Assembly: GCA_963781595.1 (NCBI GenBank)
Contig: CAWAGG010000006.1
Coordinates: 387,226-451,225 of the forward strand
DNA from: an uncultured Actinomycetota bacterium
GTDB lineage: Bacteria > Actinomycetota > UBA4738
Direction of reading: 5' to 3'
Length of the DNA: 64,000 bases
Shown here: one piece after another, positions 16,942 through 24,855 of the stretch
Layout: every line of letters starts with the position of its first letter
How positions within the stretch are numbered: position 1 is the first letter of the stretch
Notes under the pieces: generated by a model
Seen by the model: the letters and a program-made list of their open reading frames with translations, nothing else
Database searches by the model: none
What the model was told of the DNA's origin: nothing
Translations under genes and position numbers: made by a program

Positions 16942-18343
16942 GCCAGCCACGGCCGGGCCGCTCGGGGACGACGAGCTGCGGATCCGCCCACCCTGGAGCC
17001 GCTCGAACCGCCGGGTCGCGCGGGCGGTCGTCCGGCCCGTTCAGGCGTTCCTGGAGCTCGAAGCGTCCTCCGCTGCCCTCCTGCTGGTCGCCACGATCAT
17101 CGCCCTCCTGTGGGCGAACTCCCCCTGGAGCGCGTCCTACGCGCGCGTGTGGAGCACAGATATCACGCTCGGCATCGGTCGATGGGCGATCTCCGAGCCC
17201 CTGTCGACGTGGATCGACGAGCCGCTGCTCGGACTCTTCTTCCTGGTCGTTGGCCTCGAACTGAAGCGCGAGGTGCAGAGCGGCGAGATGCGCGACCGGC
17301 GCGCCCTGATCCCTCCGGTCCTCGCGGCCGTCGTCGGGATGACGATCCCGGCGCTCATCTACGCGGCGTTCAACGCCGGCGGGTCCGGTTCGGCAGGGTG
17401 GGCGATCCCGATGGCGACCGACGTGCCGTTCGTCCTCGGGATGCTGATCCTGGCCGGGCGCGGGCTCCCCCGCGCCCTGCGGTCGTTCCTCCTCACGCTC
17501 GCGATCGCCGACGACATCGGGACGCTCCTCGTCACCGCGGTCTTCTACCGGGGCCGGTTCTCGCTCGTGGCCGGCGCGGTCGTGGTCGTGGCGCTGCTCG
17601 CGATGTGGTCGCTGTTCCGGCTTCGGATCCAAGCCGGGGCGCTCTACGTCGCGCTCGGCACCGTGGCGCTGATCGCCGGGATGCGATCCGGGATGCACGC
17701 GACCCTCGCTGGGTTCGCGATCGGGATCATCGTGCCGGCGACGCCGTTCCAGCGGCCCGCGGCGGTGAGCGCGGAGGCGCATCGCGTCGCGAACGAGACG
17801 GTCGATCGACCGGACCCGCCGGACGCCGATGCCGATGCGTGGCTCGGCCTGGCGATGCTTTCGCGACAGGCGGTCTCGCCCCTGCGGCGCCTCGAGGCCG
17901 CGCTCCATCCGTGGACGTCGAACCTCGTGGTGCCACTGTTCGCCTTGGCGAACGCCGGCGTCATCCTGTCGATCGCTTCGCTGAAGGCGGCGCTCGTCGC
18001 CCCGGTCTTCCTCGGGGTCGTGGTCGCCCGGGTGCTCGGGAAGGCGGTGGGGATCCCGCTGGGCGCAAGGCTCGGTACGGTGCGTGGCGTGGGGCACATG
18101 CCGCCGGCGCTGAGGTGGATGGACGTCATCGCGCTGGGCGGTGCCGCCGGCGTGGGGTTCACGGTCTCGTTGTTCGTCGTGGAGTTGGCGTTCCCGCCGG
18201 GGGAGCTGGCCGATCAGGCGAAGCTGGCCCTCCTGGTCGGGTCGGTGGTTGCGGCCGTGGTCGGGACGATCCTGATGGCGGTGGCACGTCGCCGCGACGC
18301 CGCCGCGGGCGGGCCGCCGGCGTCCGGCCGGCGCGGTCCGTAG
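16934..18343 (+). CDS. nhaA: Na+/H+ antiporter NhaA
   Basis: ORF 16826..18343 was trimmed to ATG 16934. NhaA motifs are present: 'GLFFLVVGLELKRE', 'WAIPMATDVPFVLG' and 'LLTLAIADDIGTL'. Confidence 0.9.
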   Translation: MAEPATAGPLGDDELRIRPPWSRSNRRVARAVVRPVQAFLELEASSAALLLVATIIALLWANSPWSASYARVWSTDITLGIGRWAISEPLSTWIDEPLLGLFFLVVGLELKREVQSGEMRDRRALIPPVLAAVVGMTIPALIYAAFNAGGSGSAGWAIPMATDVPFVLGMLILAGRGLPRALRSFLLTLAIADDIGTLLVTAVFYRGRFSLVAGAVVVVALLAMWSLFRLRIQAGALYVALGTVALIAGMRSGMHATLAGFAIGIIVPATPFQRPAAVSAEAHRVANETVDRPDPPDADADAWLGLAMLSRQAVSPLRRLEAALHPWTSNLVVPLFALANAGVILSIASLKAALVAPVFLGVVVARVLGKAVGIPLGARLGTVRGVGHMPPALRWMDVIALGGAAGVGFTVSLFVVELAFPPGELADQAKLALLVGSVVAAVVGTILMAVARRRDAAAGGPPASGRRGP

Positions 18344-18444
18344 GCTATAATCCCTCGGCTTTCGGCCTGGGAGCGCTCCGGGCCGTCCGCGGCTCCAGGG
18401 GCGAGCCGCTCACCACGACGGACCGATCCAGGGAGGACGCTTCG

Positions 18445-20748
18445 ATGCAACTGCTCGCCGCCGAGGGCGGGGTCATCAAGGCCACGTTCGGATCCTTCGA
18501 GACGATGAGCCTCTGGGTGGTCCTGGCGATCTCGGTCCTCGCGCTACTGTTCGGCTTCTACCTCCGTCGTCAGGTCCTCTCAGCGTCCGAGGGGACGCCG
18601 AAGATGCAGGAGGTGGCCACGGCGATCCAGGAGGGGAGCGCCGCGTACCTCCGTCGGCAGTTCAAGACGCTCGCGGCGTTCGGCGCCGTCCTGGTGGTGG
18701 TCCTGTACTTCCTACCGGTCAGCTCCCACATCCACTCCGAGGTGACCGTGCGGCTCGCTCGCTCGCTGGCCTTCATCGTGGGGGCCGTCTTCTCCGGGCT
18801 GACCGGCTTCACGGGGATGTGGCTGTCCGTCCGCGGGAACGTGCGCGTCGCCGCCGCCGCGAAGGAACAGGGGTACCGGCGCGCGCTGACCCTCGCGTTC
18901 CGGACCGGTGGCGTGGCGGGCATGTTCACCGTCGGGCTGGGCCTGCTGGGCGCGACCCTCCTGCTGATCGTGTTCAAGGGGGACGCGCCGAACATCCTGG
19001 TCGGCCTCGGGTTCGGGGCAGCCCTGATCGCGATGTTCATGCGGGTGGGCGGCGGCATCTTCACGAAGGCCGCGGACGTCGGCGCGGACCTCGTCGGCAA
19101 GATCGAACAGGGCATCCCCGAGGACGACCCGCGGAACGCCGCCACGATCGCGGACAACGTCGGCGACAACGTAGGCGACTGCGCGGGGATGGCGGCCGAC
19201 CTGTTCGAGTCCTACGAGGTGACCTTGGTCGCCGCCATCATCCTCGGGGCGGCCGCGTTCCCGCTGTCCGTGAAGGGCGTGGTCTTCCCGCTGCTGATCC
19301 AGGGGATCGGGATCCTGACGGCGATGATCGGGATCATGGTCGTGGCGCCGCGGACCGACCGGGAACCCGGCATGCGGGCGATCAACCGGGGGTTCTTCGT
19401 CTCCGCCGTGCTCGCGGCGACCGGGGTGCTGATCGTCTCGCTCACGTACCTCGACTCGATCGAGCCGTTCTTCGCGGTGCTGATCGGGCTCATCTTGGCG
19501 GTCGTGATCCAGCTGGTCACCGAGCACTACACGTCCACCAAGCGCAAGCCGGTCCAGGACATCGCCCGTTCGACGCTGACGGGCGCGGCCACCACGATCC
19601 TGTCGGGGATCTACGTCGGGATGGAGTCCGCGGTGTGGGCGGCGCTGGTGATCGGCGCGGCCATCATCGGGGACTTCTACCTGGCCGGCGGCGACATCGC
19701 GCATCTGGCCACGGCGCTGTACTACGTGGCGCTCTCCGGGATGGGCGTGCTGTCCGTCGTCGGGGTGGTCGTCTCGATGGACACGTTCGGCCCCGTGTCG
19801 GACAACGCGCAGGGGATCGCCGAGATGAGCGGCGAGCTGGAGGGCGAGGCGGCCGACACCCTCACGGACCTCGACGCGATCGGGAACTCGACGAAGGCGA
19901 TCACGAAGGGCATCGCGATCGCGACGGCGGTCCTGGCCGCGGTGTCGCTGTTCGGTTCGTTCCGCGAAACGATCCTGGGCGCCGGCGCGCGCCTGTTCGC
20001 GATCGACCTGATCAACCCGAAGACGCTGGTGGGGCTCCTGCTCGGCGGCTGCGTGGTGTTCCTGTTCTCCGCGTTCGCGATCCGCGCGGTGGGCCGGGCG
20101 GCGTTCGGCGTCGTGATGGAGGTGCGCCGCCAGTTCCGCGAGCACCCCGGGATCATGACCTACGAGGAGAAGCCCGAGTACGCGAACGTCGTCGACCTGG
20201 TGACGAAGGCCTCCCTCCGCGAACTGATCACGCCGGGTCTGCTCGCGGTGCTGACGCCGATCTTCGTCGGGTTCGCGCTGGGGCCGGAGGCGCTCGGTGC
20301 GTTCCTGGGCGGCGCGATCATCACGGGCCAGCTGATGGCCGTGTTCCTGTCGAACTCGGGCGGCGCCTGGGACAACGCGAAGAAGCTGATCGAAGAGGGG
20401 AACTACGGCGGCAAGGGCTCGAAGGCGCACGAGGCCGCGGTGATCGGCGACACGGTCGGCGATCCGTTCAAGGACACGGCCGGCCCGGCGCTGAACCCGC
20501 TGATCAAGGTGATGAACCTCGTCGCGCTGCTGATCGCCGCGCTCGTGGTGAGCATCGGGGACAACGGCTGGGCCAGGGCCGGCATCGCGCTCGTCGCCGC
20601 CGGGGTGATCGCGTGGGCGGTGTGGTTCACGAAGAACCTCTCCGGAGGCGAAGCGAGCGGCGATTCGGTCGTCGAGGTGGCCGACGCGGGCGAAGGACCG
20701 CCTCCGTCACCCCCGGCGCCCGAGCCGTCGGTGACGGCGCAGCCCTGA
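18445..20748 (+). CDS. hppA: membrane-bound proton-translocating pyrophosphatase (K+-independent type)
   Basis: ATG 18445 is preceded by AGGGAGGA. The remainder of ORF 17110..20748 upstream overlaps nhaA in another frame. The protein is H+-PPase-like along its full length ('DNVGDNVGDCAGMAADLFESY', 'DTVGDPFKDTAGPALNPLIKV'). From memory, 'GNSTKAITKG' carries the Lys that marks K+-independent enzymes. Confidence 0.93.
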   Translation: MQLLAAEGGVIKATFGSFETMSLWVVLAISVLALLFGFYLRRQVLSASEGTPKMQEVATAIQEGSAAYLRRQFKTLAAFGAVLVVVLYFLPVSSHIHSEVTVRLARSLAFIVGAVFSGLTGFTGMWLSVRGNVRVAAAAKEQGYRRALTLAFRTGGVAGMFTVGLGLLGATLLLIVFKGDAPNILVGLGFGAALIAMFMRVGGGIFTKAADVGADLVGKIEQGIPEDDPRNAATIADNVGDNVGDCAGMAADLFESYEVTLVAAIILGAAAFPLSVKGVVFPLLIQGIGILTAMIGIMVVAPRTDREPGMRAINRGFFVSAVLAATGVLIVSLTYLDSIEPFFAVLIGLILAVVIQLVTEHYTSTKRKPVQDIARSTLTGAATTILSGIYVGMESAVWAALVIGAAIIGDFYLAGGDIAHLATALYYVALSGMGVLSVVGVVVSMDTFGPVSDNAQGIAEMSGELEGEAADTLTDLDAIGNSTKAITKGIAIATAVLAAVSLFGSFRETILGAGARLFAIDLINPKTLVGLLLGGCVVFLFSAFAIRAVGRAAFGVVMEVRRQFREHPGIMTYEEKPEYANVVDLVTKASLRELITPGLLAVLTPIFVGFALGPEALGAFLGGAIITGQLMAVFLSNSGGAWDNAKKLIEEGNYGGKGSKAHEAAVIGDTVGDPFKDTAGPALNPLIKVMNLVALLIAALVVSIGDNGWARAGIALVAAGVIAWAVWFTKNLSGGEASGDSVVEVADAGEGPPPSPPAPEPSVTAQP

Positions 20749-20782
20749 CGTTCGCGTTCCGGGGATCGGGGGCGGGGACGTC

Positions 20783-21157
20783 GTGGGGTTCCTCAAGCGG
20801 AAGATCTCCCGACTGAACGAGAGCGACGAAGAGCGCCTCGCCGAGGAGACCCAGTGGTGGGCGGCGAAGGCCGTGCCCGACTCGGTGCGCGTGGTGGCGG
20901 CGAAGCCGCGGACGAAGGTGAAGCTGGCTGGAGTGGTCCGGCGGATCACCGTCCGGCCGATCCACGGGTTCGACGCGCTCCAGGTGCGGCTGTGGGACGG
21001 GACCGGCGACGTGACGGTCCAGTGGCTGGGACGTCGGACGGTCCCGGGCATGACGCTCGGGTCACGCCTGATGGTCGAGGGGATGCTCGGCGTCGAGAAC
21101 GGCGAGCGGAAGATCGTCAACCCGGTGTACGAGTTCCTGTCGCCGCCGGAGGCGTAG
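20783..21157 (+). CDS. OB-fold nucleic-acid-binding domain protein
   Basis: GTG 20783; 124 aa. 'VKLAGVVRRITVRPIHGFDALQVRLWDGTGDVTVQWLGRRTVPGMTLGSRLMVEG' fits the small actinobacterial OB-fold family. From memory, that family is usually found near the trkA genes (Rv2694c-like). Confidence 0.72.
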   Translation: MGFLKRKISRLNESDEERLAEETQWWAAKAVPDSVRVVAAKPRTKVKLAGVVRRITVRPIHGFDALQVRLWDGTGDVTVQWLGRRTVPGMTLGSRLMVEGMLGVENGERKIVNPVYEFLSPPEA

Positions 21158-21538
21158 TGACGTCACCGCGGCGCTGGCGGGGGTCGGCATAGACGAGATC
21201 TCTCAGATCTCGCGTGGCTCGCGGAGGTCGAGCGCCGGCGGGCGTACGCGGCCGACGGGTGTCTGTCTGCTGCAACGTGGCTGGCGGACGTTCGCGGTGA
21301 TGTCCACGGGCTGACGGTAGCGGGCGGCGACGACGCATCCGCCGCGGCAGCTACGACGCGGCGTAGCGCCTCAGGAAGCTGCTCGGTCATTCATCGCGGC
21401 CGCATCGTGCTCGCGGGCGTGGGCATCCGCCTCCGTCCAGGGGCGATCCTTCGCGCAGTCGAACCGAGTCCAGCCGATCCACTTCGACAAACACAGACCA
21501 CGAACGGTCGGCGGCGTTCCGCCCTGTAGGGTGGCGCC

Positions 21539-23305
21539 ATGCCCACCGAGCTCCGGGGCGCGACAACGTCGGCGCCGGTCGCTGATATCATCCGGTCTCC
21601 ACTCGCAAGCCCAGGGGCTCAGGGCGCCTTCGTCTTCGCCGGGTACGCGGTGGTCGCGTTCCTCATGTGGGGGCTCAAACTCCTGCACGGTCTCAACACC
21701 GACTACCTCGTCGGGCCAGGTACGACGAACGACGTTCGCTTCTACACGTGGGCGTTGTCCTGGTGGCCGCATGCCATCGGGCACGGCCTGAATCCTCTGC
21801 ACGCCGGGGCGCTCTGGGCTCCCCATGGTGTCAACATGACGTGGGTAACCGGCATCCCCGGTCCTTCCCTCGTGGCGTGGCCGGTAACGAGCACGCTGGG
21901 ACCGGTGGTTGCCGAAAACATACTGTTCCTGCTCGCCCCGCCGCTCGCCGGCTGGTCTGCGTACCTGCTGTGCCGCCGCATCACGAGGTCCTTTTGGGCA
22001 TCCGTCGCGGGTGGTTACCTCTTCGGGTTTTCCACCTATCTGGTTGGCCAGATGCGGGGTCACCTCAACCTTGTCCTCGTCTTCCCCGTGGCCCTGTGCG
22101 CGTACCTGATCGTCCGCCGCCTCGACGGATCGATGTCCGAGCGCCGGTTCGTCGTGCTCCTCGCCCTCGCGCTGCTGGCCGAGTTCTCGATCGCCGTCGA
22201 GGTGACGGCCGGAATGGTGGTCTTCGGGGCGATCGGCCTAGCCATCGCTTGGGTGGTTCTAGGTCGGGCCTGGAGGTCGCGCATCATACGGACGGCCGCC
22301 GCTGCCGCCGTGGCCTGCGGCCTTGTGGCGATCGTCGTTTCTCCGTACGTGATCACTTCTGTCCTCAACCAGCCCCCCCCGCATTTCACCGGGGATGGCA
22401 ACTGGGCGAATGCGAACAATGACGTGGCTCTCCAGCACTACTCGACCGATCTCCTGAGCTACGCGATCCCCGCGCGGTTCGTGGCGGTCGGCTTCACGCA
22501 GGCCCCGGGGATCCGGGCCAAGTTCTGGGCGAGCGCGAACGAGGACGGTGCGTACCTAGGGATCCCGCTCATCATGATGGTCGTGGCGTTCGCGATCCTG
22601 CGGCGACGACGGCGCTCGACGTGGTTGCTCGTCGCCCTGTTCCTCGTGGCCGTGCTGCTCTCGCTGGGGCCACGGCTGCACGTGGCTGGCAGTGGGTCGG
22701 TGCGTCTCCCGTGGCGACTGGCCGCTTCCGTGCCGCTCGTGAAGGAGCTGCTGCCGGTGAGGCTGGCCATGTACGCGTGGCTGGCGGTGTCCGTCATCTC
22801 CGCGGTCTGGCTCTCCGAGCCGAGGAAACCGTCGGCCAAGTGGGTCCGTCCCTCGCGGTGGGCGCTTGTGGGCCTGGGCGCGATCGCGATCCTGCCATCG
22901 GTCCCACAGGCCGTCCAGTTCGCAACACCAGCCATCTTCAGCGAGGGTTCGTGGACGCGCTGGATCCATCCAGGGGAGAACGTCCTGGTCCTGCCGGCCT
23001 ACAGGCCGAGCGATTCGCTCGTGTGGCAAGAGCAGGCTGGCTTCGGATTCAGCCTGGCCGGTGGCTACGTCGGGTATCGAGGGATCCCGGCAGCCTCGCA
23101 GTCACAACCCGGCTTCTTCGCGCTGGTGACGAATCGACCCAGATTGATCTCGCCTCCTGCGTTCGCTTCATTCATCCAGGCGAATCGGGTCGGCGTCGTG
23201 GTCGTGCCCGACAGGTGGATTGGCCCTTGGCGTCCGACCCTGTCCACCCTCGGCATCGAACCGGAGCACGTGCACCACCTGTGGATCTACCGTCTGCCTC
23301 CTTGA
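21539..23305 (+). CDS. polytopic integral membrane protein, possibly a GT-C-type glycosyltransferase
   Basis: 588 aa with many hydrophobic segments, a large C-terminal soluble part and clear coding periodicity. The functional call rests only on the overall architecture, since I recognise no diagnostic motif. Confidence 0.55.
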   Translation: MPTELRGATTSAPVADIIRSPLASPGAQGAFVFAGYAVVAFLMWGLKLLHGLNTDYLVGPGTTNDVRFYTWALSWWPHAIGHGLNPLHAGALWAPHGVNMTWVTGIPGPSLVAWPVTSTLGPVVAENILFLLAPPLAGWSAYLLCRRITRSFWASVAGGYLFGFSTYLVGQMRGHLNLVLVFPVALCAYLIVRRLDGSMSERRFVVLLALALLAEFSIAVEVTAGMVVFGAIGLAIAWVVLGRAWRSRIIRTAAAAAVACGLVAIVVSPYVITSVLNQPPPHFTGDGNWANANNDVALQHYSTDLLSYAIPARFVAVGFTQAPGIRAKFWASANEDGAYLGIPLIMMVVAFAILRRRRRSTWLLVALFLVAVLLSLGPRLHVAGSGSVRLPWRLAASVPLVKELLPVRLAMYAWLAVSVISAVWLSEPRKPSAKWVRPSRWALVGLGAIAILPSVPQAVQFATPAIFSEGSWTRWIHPGENVLVLPAYRPSDSLVWQEQAGFGFSLAGGYVGYRGIPAASQSQPGFFALVTNRPRLISPPAFASFIQANRVGVVVVPDRWIGPWRPTLSTLGIEPEHVHHLWIYRLPP

Positions 23306-23444
23306 GCGCGCGAGACGGTCCATCCCTTTGTCGGCTGGGCGTCAAGATGCCGGTCGGGAGACGCGGTCGTCACGGTGCCTTCGGTTCGCAGCGGGGGACT
23401 CCTTCAGGTTGGGCGACCCCATGTCGGCCGTCCGAGCGCGTTCC

Positions 23445-24107
23445 CTACTCCAGGACGCCGCGGAGCTCGTCCTCGACCTCGGGCGTCGCGATCGCCAGGA
23501 GCTCGTCGCCGGGGGACAGGACGGTCTCGGGCTGAGGGATCACCACGTGCCCGTCGCGGATGATCGCGACGATGCTCGAGTCGACGGGCAACCGCAGCTC
23601 GTACATCGGTTTGCCCGCCGCCTCCGATGTATCCGACAGCACCAGCTCGACCAGCGAGACGCGGCCGCGTTCGAGCTTCAGCAGCCGAACCACGTCACCG
23701 ACGGTCACGGCTTCCTCGACCAGCGCGGTCAGGATGTGTGGCGGCGACACCGCGGCGTCGATGCCCCACTGCTCGGTGAACATCCACTCGTTCTGCGCGT
23801 GGTTCACGCGCGCCACCACCCGCGGCACGGCGAACTCCTGCTTCGCCAGGAGCGCCGTCACGAGGTTGTCCTCGTCGTCCCCCGTCGCCGCCACGATCAC
23901 GTCGGCCGAGGCGAGCGCGGCCTGCTCCAGGACGTAGGGCTCGCACGCGTCGCCGAGCAGCACGTTCACCTGGACGGGGAGCTCGCCACGAGCCCGCTTC
24001 GCCGCCTCGGTGCTCTGTTCGATCACGGTGACCTGGTGGCCCTGGTCGCACAGGTCCGCGGCCAGGTGTCGGCCGACGTTGCCCGCGCCCGTCACGACCA
24101 CCCTCAT
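23445..24107 (-). CDS. trkA: TrkA-type K+ transport regulatory protein (RCK_N + RCK_C)
   Basis: MRVVVTGAGNVGRHLAADL (a GxGxxG Rossmann motif) followed by the C-terminal RCK_C segment 'LVELVLSDTSEAAGKPMYELRLPVDSSIVAIIRDGHVVIPQPETVLSPGDELLAI'. Confidence 0.9.
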   Translation of the reverse strand: MRVVVTGAGNVGRHLAADLCDQGHQVTVIEQSTEAAKRARGELPVQVNVLLGDACEPYVLEQAALASADVIVAATGDDEDNLVTALLAKQEFAVPRVVARVNHAQNEWMFTEQWGIDAAVSPPHILTALVEEAVTVGDVVRLLKLERGRVSLVELVLSDTSEAAGKPMYELRLPVDSSIVAIIRDGHVVIPQPETVLSPGDELLAIATPEVEDELRGVLE

Positions 24108-24123
24108 CGGCCGGCCACCACCT

Positions 24124-24780
24124 TCACTCCGTCACCGGCTGGAGCAGCGCCTCCAGCTGTTCCATCGAATCCTTCGTCAGCACGAAGTGCGCGATGTCGC
24201 CCCCTTGGAACGTGCTGCCCTCGACGGGGAGGAACCCGGTTCCGCCGCGCTCGACGCCGGCCACCATGATCGTCCCGGGCACCTCGACGGACGCGATCGG
24301 CCTGCCGATCAGATGGTCGGGGATCACCAGCCGGTAGTCCAAGAGCGTGCCGCCGCCGAAGGCCTCTCGCAACTCCTCTCGGCCGTGGAACAGCAGGAAC
24401 TCGATCTGGCCGACCGACCAGGCGACCGAGGCGATCGTCGGGATGTTCAGCCGCTCGTAGATCTCCGCTCGCCGCGGGTCGTAGATCCGGGCGATCACCT
24501 TCGGCACGTGGTAGTGCTCGCGGGCGATCCGGGCCGAGACGATGTTCGAGTTGTCGCCGCTGGAGACCGCGATGAACGCGTCCGCCTGCTTGATGCCCGC
24601 CTCCTCCAGGATCTCGCGGTCGAACCCGACCCCGACGATCGTGCGCGCGGTGAAGCCCGGCGGGAGGCGTTCGAACGCTGTCGTGCGCTTGTCGATGATC
24701 GCGACGGAATGCCCGCGTTGGGTGAGCGCCATGCTCGTGGCGATCCCGACCCGGCCGCTGCCCATGATGACGACGTGCAC
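24124..24780 (-). CDS. trkA: TrkA-type K+ transport regulatory protein (second paralog)
   Basis: GTG 24780. HVVIMGSGRVGIATSMAL (GxGxxG), 'AFIAVSSGDNSNI', and the RCK_C tail 'VEVPGTIMVAGVERGGTGFLPVEGSTFQGGDIAHFV'. It lies 16 nt upstream of the other trkA gene. Confidence 0.9.
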   Translation of the reverse strand: MHVVIMGSGRVGIATSMALTQRGHSVAIIDKRTTAFERLPPGFTARTIVGVGFDREILEEAGIKQADAFIAVSSGDNSNIVSARIAREHYHVPKVIARIYDPRRAEIYERLNIPTIASVAWSVGQIEFLLFHGREELREAFGGGTLLDYRLVIPDHLIGRPIASVEVPGTIMVAGVERGGTGFLPVEGSTFQGGDIAHFVLTKDSMEQLEALLQPVTE

Positions 24781-24855
24781 GACCGCCGAAGCCTACTGCG
24801 GTGTCGTGGCCCTCCCAACCCACGACGGGCTGGTTGCGATGTAGCATGCCGGCTC

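Noticed and set aside
14248-16950. A 900-aa ORF on the minus strand, and the 1212-aa ORF 17110..20748 on the plus strand, taken at face value.
   Set aside because: Only the last 330 codons (the secreted protein, ATG 15240 with RBS) and the last 767 codons (hppA, ATG 18445 with RBS) look like real proteins. The upstream parts overlap the permease and nhaA genes in other frames.
18346-18351. A perfect TATAAT immediately after the nhaA stop, about 95 nt upstream of hppA.
   Set aside because: It is striking in GC-rich DNA. However, there is no -35 or extended -10 and no supporting data. On its own it is not enough to call a promoter.
21371-21500. A short minus-strand ORF tail (...KWIGWTRFDCAKDRPWTEADAHAREHDAAAMNDRAAS) in the spacer upstream of the large membrane protein.
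   Set aside because: There is no ATG/GTG with an RBS and no recognisable family. It is part of a long shadow ORF antisense to the membrane-protein gene.
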